The notes under the pieces are model-generated. The model made no database searches, was not told the origin of the DNA, and saw only the letters and a list, made by a program, of their open reading frames with translations. From Amoeboradix gromovi X-113 (lineage: Eukaryota; Fungi; Sanchytriomycota), in NCBI GenBank assembly GCA_018985225.1, contig JADGIF010000238.1, positions 1 to 13,260 of the forward strand: 13,260 nucleotides of DNA, in the 5' to 3' direction. Both the position numbers and the translations under genes were made by a program. Shown one piece after another: positions 9,461-13,260 of the stretch (its first letter is position 1; every line of letters starts with the position of its first letter).

Positions 9461-11203
9461 TTATTGAATAAGAGTCATCATAATTATGCTCATCATCGTG
9501 GAGATGGTGTTTGCACTACTATATGTATTTGCTCCCAATGCAGAAGTTGCTGACTCTGGTGCAACACTTGGAATTGTAGGTAATTTATAATCATTCGGGC
9601 TAGGGGCAGAACTGATTTTAGTAATAGTTGGCGCAACAGCATTTGGAAGCGGATACTTGATGCTACAATCTTCACCACCATAACCGGCTTTGCAAGAACA
9701 ACCGAATGCTGTACAAGATCCATTGGCACCACATTTACACTCATAGTCTCCCAATTGGTGTTGAACCTGAATCTTCTTGCATTCTTCTGCTTTTGATGCA
9801 TCAGGACTTGTCTTAATAACATCCTCGGTCTTTTGCTGTAATTTAGAGAGACACTGTTTTCTGGCAGCCTCTACAGCTAAACTGACACCATCAACTATAG
9901 TAATTGCATAGTCAGATTCACAACTTTTTATGATAAAGTCCAAATCAGATAAAGCATCGACAGATTTAAAGGCATCTGCATCACACACTGAGCTACACTT
10001 GTCATGGGCCTCCTTTGGGGACGGTTTGACAGTTGATTTTTGCGCTTTTGGTGGCACAAGAACAAAGTTAGGTGGAGGAGCGACATAAGTGATTGGCTTA
10101 TGTATTTTGAACCCAGTGCACACCTTTTTGCCTGTTTTTTGTCCGTACTCTGGAGGTACTGGTACAAATCCAGTTTCTACAGGAAGAGCTGGTAAATCTG
10201 ATTCTGTCTCAGTTGGTGCCTGTGCTACTTGGGAGCTGGCAGGTATTGGAATTTGAGTCGCAACTGGTGTTTTATGCGGATATATATCATCGCAGGTTAC
10301 AGGTAGTTGACACTCGTTATAGCCAATAGGTACAGCAGATTTATGAGGCGGTAAAGCAATCTCATTCACAGCAAAGTATGATTCATTATCTGCAACGTTA
10401 TACTCTGCAGGTGTTACTGGGACTGTTGCATCATATTTGGTAACCGGGTTACAGATGGATGGAGCATATTTGGATGCGTCTTGACCAGGTGCTTTAACGT
10501 TCAGGTCTAACCCCAGGGCAAAGTTCTTAGCTACTGTGACAACTACGTTTCCAGGCAAGGTAACAATAGATCCTCCATTCTCTCCCGCTTGAATTGTTGT
10601 ACCATACGCATTAACACACTTGTTAGCAGAGTGGCAGTTAAATTGGGTGTTTGCCAAATCCGCAACATATACATTGTCCAAGTAACGGATACCCACTTTG
10701 GTAGTGCAAGATGCAGCGTCGTAACATTTTTCGTGAAGTACCTGAATGTCAAAAGTGTCGCCTTTAACTAACCATGCAGAACCTACAGCGTAATCACTGT
10801 AGTAGTCGTTTGAGAATGTGGTTATATGTGGATCACCAGTCGATGAGCAAGTAGCTTGAGGCTGCTCAAAGTTGCGATTAACTGTCAATGGTAGAGCGAT
10901 TGGAACCTCGCCGTTTGTCGAGCACACTTTAACCTTCAGCTGGTCAGACTTAGCGCCATCACCTCTATCACTCAATAAACCAATGAAATTGATCAACTCC
11001 CCGTTTAACGGCTTATCCTTTGTAACATCAATTCGACACTTATCGATAGCTGCAATAGAAGACTCAAAAAAGATTGAGTAGTCATCAGGTACGGGGTTGC
11101 AGTCCAACTTAACTGAGGCAGGTTGCACAGCAGAACAGCTGATATCAGACACCTGAAACTTTGGGGCAAGTTCAACAGCAGAGATCATCGAAAAGAAAGT
11201 CAT
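9461..11203 (-). CDS. Secreted/cell-surface protein with von Willebrand factor D domain, Pro-rich linker, EGF-like domain and probable GPI-anchor signal
   Basis: First ATG at 11203 (the ORF-track start at 11281 is TTG) gives a short signal-like peptide MTFFSMISA. VWD signature ATCSSTGDPHITTF. P/T/V-rich linker. EGF-like CKCGANGSCTAFGCSCKAGYGGEDC. Ends in a S/T/A-rich tail plus small residues and a hydrophobic end (YSSANTISTMMSIIMMTLIQ). Confidence 0.85.
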   Translation of the reverse strand: MTFFSMISAVELAPKFQVSDISCSAVQPASVKLDCNPVPDDYSIFFESSIAAIDKCRIDVTKDKPLNGELINFIGLLSDRGDGAKSDQLKVKVCSTNGEVPIALPLTVNRNFEQPQATCSSTGDPHITTFSNDYYSDYAVGSAWLVKGDTFDIQVLHEKCYDAASCTTKVGIRYLDNVYVADLANTQFNCHSANKCVNAYGTTIQAGENGGSIVTLPGNVVVTVAKNFALGLDLNVKAPGQDASKYAPSICNPVTKYDATVPVTPAEYNVADNESYFAVNEIALPPHKSAVPIGYNECQLPVTCDDIYPHKTPVATQIPIPASSQVAQAPTETESDLPALPVETGFVPVPPEYGQKTGKKVCTGFKIHKPITYVAPPPNFVLVPPKAQKSTVKPSPKEAHDKCSSVCDADAFKSVDALSDLDFIIKSCESDYAITIVDGVSLAVEAARKQCLSKLQQKTEDVIKTSPDASKAEECKKIQVQHQLGDYECKCGANGSCTAFGCSCKAGYGGEDCSIKYPLPNAVAPTITKISSAPSPNDYKLPTIPSVAPESATSALGANTYSSANTISTMMSIIMMTLIQ

Positions 11204-11320
11204 CTGAGCGAAGCTAGTGGTTGACTGAGATGCTAGTTTCGCCTGCTTTAATAGAGAAAAGTGACGGTTGCGATTGGACAAGATCTAAATTTCCCAATCA
11301 CTCTTCTTGTTTTTTTAATT

Positions 11321-11820
11321 TCATGGGCTTGCATAGACTTGGGACAATTTGAACACAAAGCTTATGGCCGTTTTAAAATCACATTATCAAAAATAGTGAA
11401 TCTCCTCATTGAATTTCTGCTTTGCTTGATAATCAAGAATTTCTACATATGGGACATCAAATATAAAAACTGGACTAACTTTCTGTAACAACTTGGAACA
11501 TTATTTAAGAGGCGAGTGGACATTTAGCTAGTTGCGGAGTTGACGAGTATAAAAGGAAAATAAATATTCTGTAGATCTATTCTCTTACTCTTTCATCCAA
11601 TCTTTATTTCAAATAAAATATCACTATTACTCTGTAAAAACTAGAATAGACAAGAGTAATGATGTTAGTATAACATTACAAAATGACTCTAGAAAAGAGT
11701 ACCGTCTAAGAAAATGCACCTTTTGCCTAGATGCTCAAAGACCTCATATATTTGAACGAGATGCAGGGTCTTCTAGTTTTATTTAAAAAGAGGAATACAA
11801 TCAATGAAAGAAAATTGGTA
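11321..11820 (+). pseudogene. Decayed, internally deleted Fanzor1/TnpB-like RuvC nuclease remnant (copy C)
   Basis: Manual translation gives, in order: SWACIDLGQ (11321-11347, RuvC-I-like D); GTSNIKTGL (11451-11477); GHLASCGVDEYK (11518-11553, RuvC-II-like E); then a stop-free frame 11553-11783 ending KEYRLRKCTFCLDAQRPHIFERDAGSSSFI (Zn knuckle + RuvC-III-like D). Frameshifts separate the blocks. Confidence 0.65.
11445..11549. repeat. Right arm of long-range inverted repeat (partner 1-120)
   Basis: Reverse complement matches 1-39 and 63-120 with 3 mismatches. This arm has an extra 8 nt (CGGAGTTG, 11535-11542). Confidence 0.95.
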
Positions 11821-11884
11821 TAACAGAAGATCTTTTATTAATGATAGCATTTCCTCAGTATGGTGCACCTTCTTTAAAAACGAC

Positions 11885-11913
11885 TTAGTCTAGTTTTTAT
11901 ATTTGGTGTCCCA
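11885..11913 (-). repeat. Fourth fragment (copy D): 29-bp copy of the GTSNIKTGL-coding block, inverted relative to 11450-11478
   Basis: TTAGTCTAGTTTTTATATTTGGTGTCCCA matches 87-115 (TTAGTCCAGTTTTTATATTTGATGTCCCA) at 27/29, and likewise the reverse complement of 11450-11478. Minus strand reads GTPNIKTRL. Confidence 0.85.
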
Positions 11914-12073
11914 GAGAGCGATTGGTACAAGTATTTGTCTGCAAGTTGCTTTTCTTCATAGTTTTACCACTAAATATTTCATTTCATTGCATTGTACAAA
12001 TCATTTTTTGACCATTTTTCAGGTGCACAATGATTGCAGAGCATTCTCTGTTTCTAGGTTTGCACTGTTTGTC

Positions 12074-13260
12074 TTAATTACTTCTAAAAGCGAGTTCTTT
12101 GCAAAGAGGACACTTTGCCCTCCCAAAAACCTCAACATATCTGTCTAAGCATTCTGTATGGTACCAATGATAGCATTTTGTTAGTTCTTGGGCACCAGAT
12201 ATATCACTTTGACATATACTGCAGAAAAAGTCACTGTCTAACAAATTTATAAATTTATGCTTAAACTTAGCATCCTCGCATTCTGTAGCATCAAGTAGAT
12301 ACATGACAGTATCTCTCTCAAAACAGAATGATAGTCTAAGAGCCAATTCCATTTCTGAATGCTTGATGGCCAATTTGAATAATTTATCTGATTTAAGATC
12401 AAACGTAAAGCTCTTATCAATATTATGATGGGCCATTGCAATCAAGTCGTATGTTCTACAATAACTTCGCAGTCTCAATCTGTACCACTTGCGATGCTTC
12501 CACGGTGTTTTAATGTCATTAAGTTTGAGAAGTGCAAATCTGGTATCAAAATCTCCTGAGTCTTTGAGTAATTTGTAAGTAATTGCAATATTATCCAAAT
12601 CTTTTGTGTCAACTGCTTTTTTGAGAGGGTTAGCAGGATTAAGCGCACAATTTCTGTCAACTTTGCATCTCCAATAACCGATGTAGGCCATTAATTCAAT
12701 ATTTTCATCAATGGATGCGTTGTCTCGAACATAATTGTACCACATTGGCTGATTCCAGTTCTTGCTGAATAAATAGTTCATATTGCTCCAAAAGATGGAA
12801 CTTTGACTGTAGAAATTCACATTATTCGGTATAGTCGACATTTTAATTTCATTGGAAATTCGATTTTTGACGAATTTTGAGAGATCAACATAGAGTAAAA
12901 GTGACATCAAAAACAACCAGTTATGAGGAAGTACTGGAGACCTGAGAATATGATTAATTGAAGAGTATGAGCTAGTTAAATCAGGATATTTGTTTGAACT
13001 CAGTACATTTATAATGTAAGCACGAATATCAGGCCTGGATGAATCATGAGTTGCAGACTTTAAATAGCCTATGCATGTCTCAACATTGCGAACGATATAG
13101 AGATTGATTCGGACAACAATAATTTTTAACTCGTTTTCCCAATAGGCTAGTTCAGAAGGTGCTGAATAATGAGTGTATGTAATAAATGGCCACAATGCAT
13201 TCAAATACTCTATGCTATATTTCGAGCGCTCCTGAAGAAAATCCAACACACTTGCTGGAG
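12074..13260 (-). CDS. RING-H2 finger protein (probable E3 ubiquitin ligase), probably 5'-truncated by the window edge
   Basis: C-terminal C3H2C3 motif CSIC-x12-CYHWYHTEC-x11-CPLC. The frame stays open to the window end (codons CCA GCA AGT precede the GTG at 13249), so the true start is probably outside the window. Confidence 0.8.
   Translation of the reverse strand, partial: PASVLDFLQERSKYSIEYLNALWPFITYTHYSAPSELAYWENELKIIVVRINLYIVRNVETCIGYLKSATHDSSRPDIRAYIINVLSSNKYPDLTSSYSSINHILRSPVLPHNWLFLMSLLLYVDLSKFVKNRISNEIKMSTIPNNVNFYSQSSIFWSNMNYLFSKNWNQPMWYNYVRDNASIDENIELMAYIGYWRCKVDRNCALNPANPLKKAVDTKDLDNIAITYKLLKDSGDFDTRFALLKLNDIKTPWKHRKWYRLRLRSYCRTYDLIAMAHHNIDKSFTFDLKSDKLFKLAIKHSEMELALRLSFCFERDTVMYLLDATECEDAKFKHKFINLLDSDFFCSICQSDISGAQELTKCYHWYHTECLDRYVEVFGRAKCPLCKELAFRSN

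Noticed and set aside
11204-11281. N-terminal extensions from TTG starts (also 7445-7456)
   Set aside because: In a eukaryotic context the first ATGs place signal or anchor peptides at the N-terminus.
11261-11488. 75-aa + strand ORF as a real gene
   Set aside because: It starts at GTG. Only the CIDLGQ part is meaningful, and it is better explained as part of the frameshifted relic.
87-11913. CRISPR-like interpretation of the recurring 29-mer
   Set aside because: There are only three dispersed copies in mixed orientation, with no regular spacers and no cas genes.
11903-12148. 81-aa + strand ORF
   Set aside because: Non-ATG start, overlaps the RING gene 3' end antisense, and has no motifs.
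319-13260. Alternative genetic code (TAA/TAG read as Gln) to explain stops in the relics
   Set aside because: The four long ORFs contain no internal TAA/TAG, and two end at TAA at sensible C-termini, so the standard code fits.

Overview
AT-rich, gene-dense eukaryotic DNA with no apparent introns, most likely from a compact early-diverging fungal genome (inferred from gene families and architecture). It has four protein genes: (1) a 2306-aa N-terminally membrane-anchored, beta-rich Tag1/DUF3712-like protein (+); (2) a CAP10/GT90 glycosyltransferase (+); (3) a secreted VWD + EGF-like protein with a probable GPI signal (-); (4) a 5'-truncated RING-H2 protein (-). The main unexplained signal is in the spacers. 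Three of the four non-coding intervals carry mutually homologous, decayed fragments of what looks like one Fanzor1/TnpB-like RuvC nuclease family, four fragments in all. Between 11321 and 11786 the RuvC-I (CIDLGQ), RuvC-II (GVDEY), Zn-knuckle (CTFC) and RuvC-III (FERD) motifs occur in the expected order. Two fragments form a ~100-bp inverted repeat (1-120 vs 11445-11549, 94/97 aligned bases identical) bracketing three genes. Their complementary microhomology-bounded deletions can be merged to restore a single reading frame. The giant gene also shows a strong switch in strand composition. All assignments come from manual motif reading; no database searches were run.
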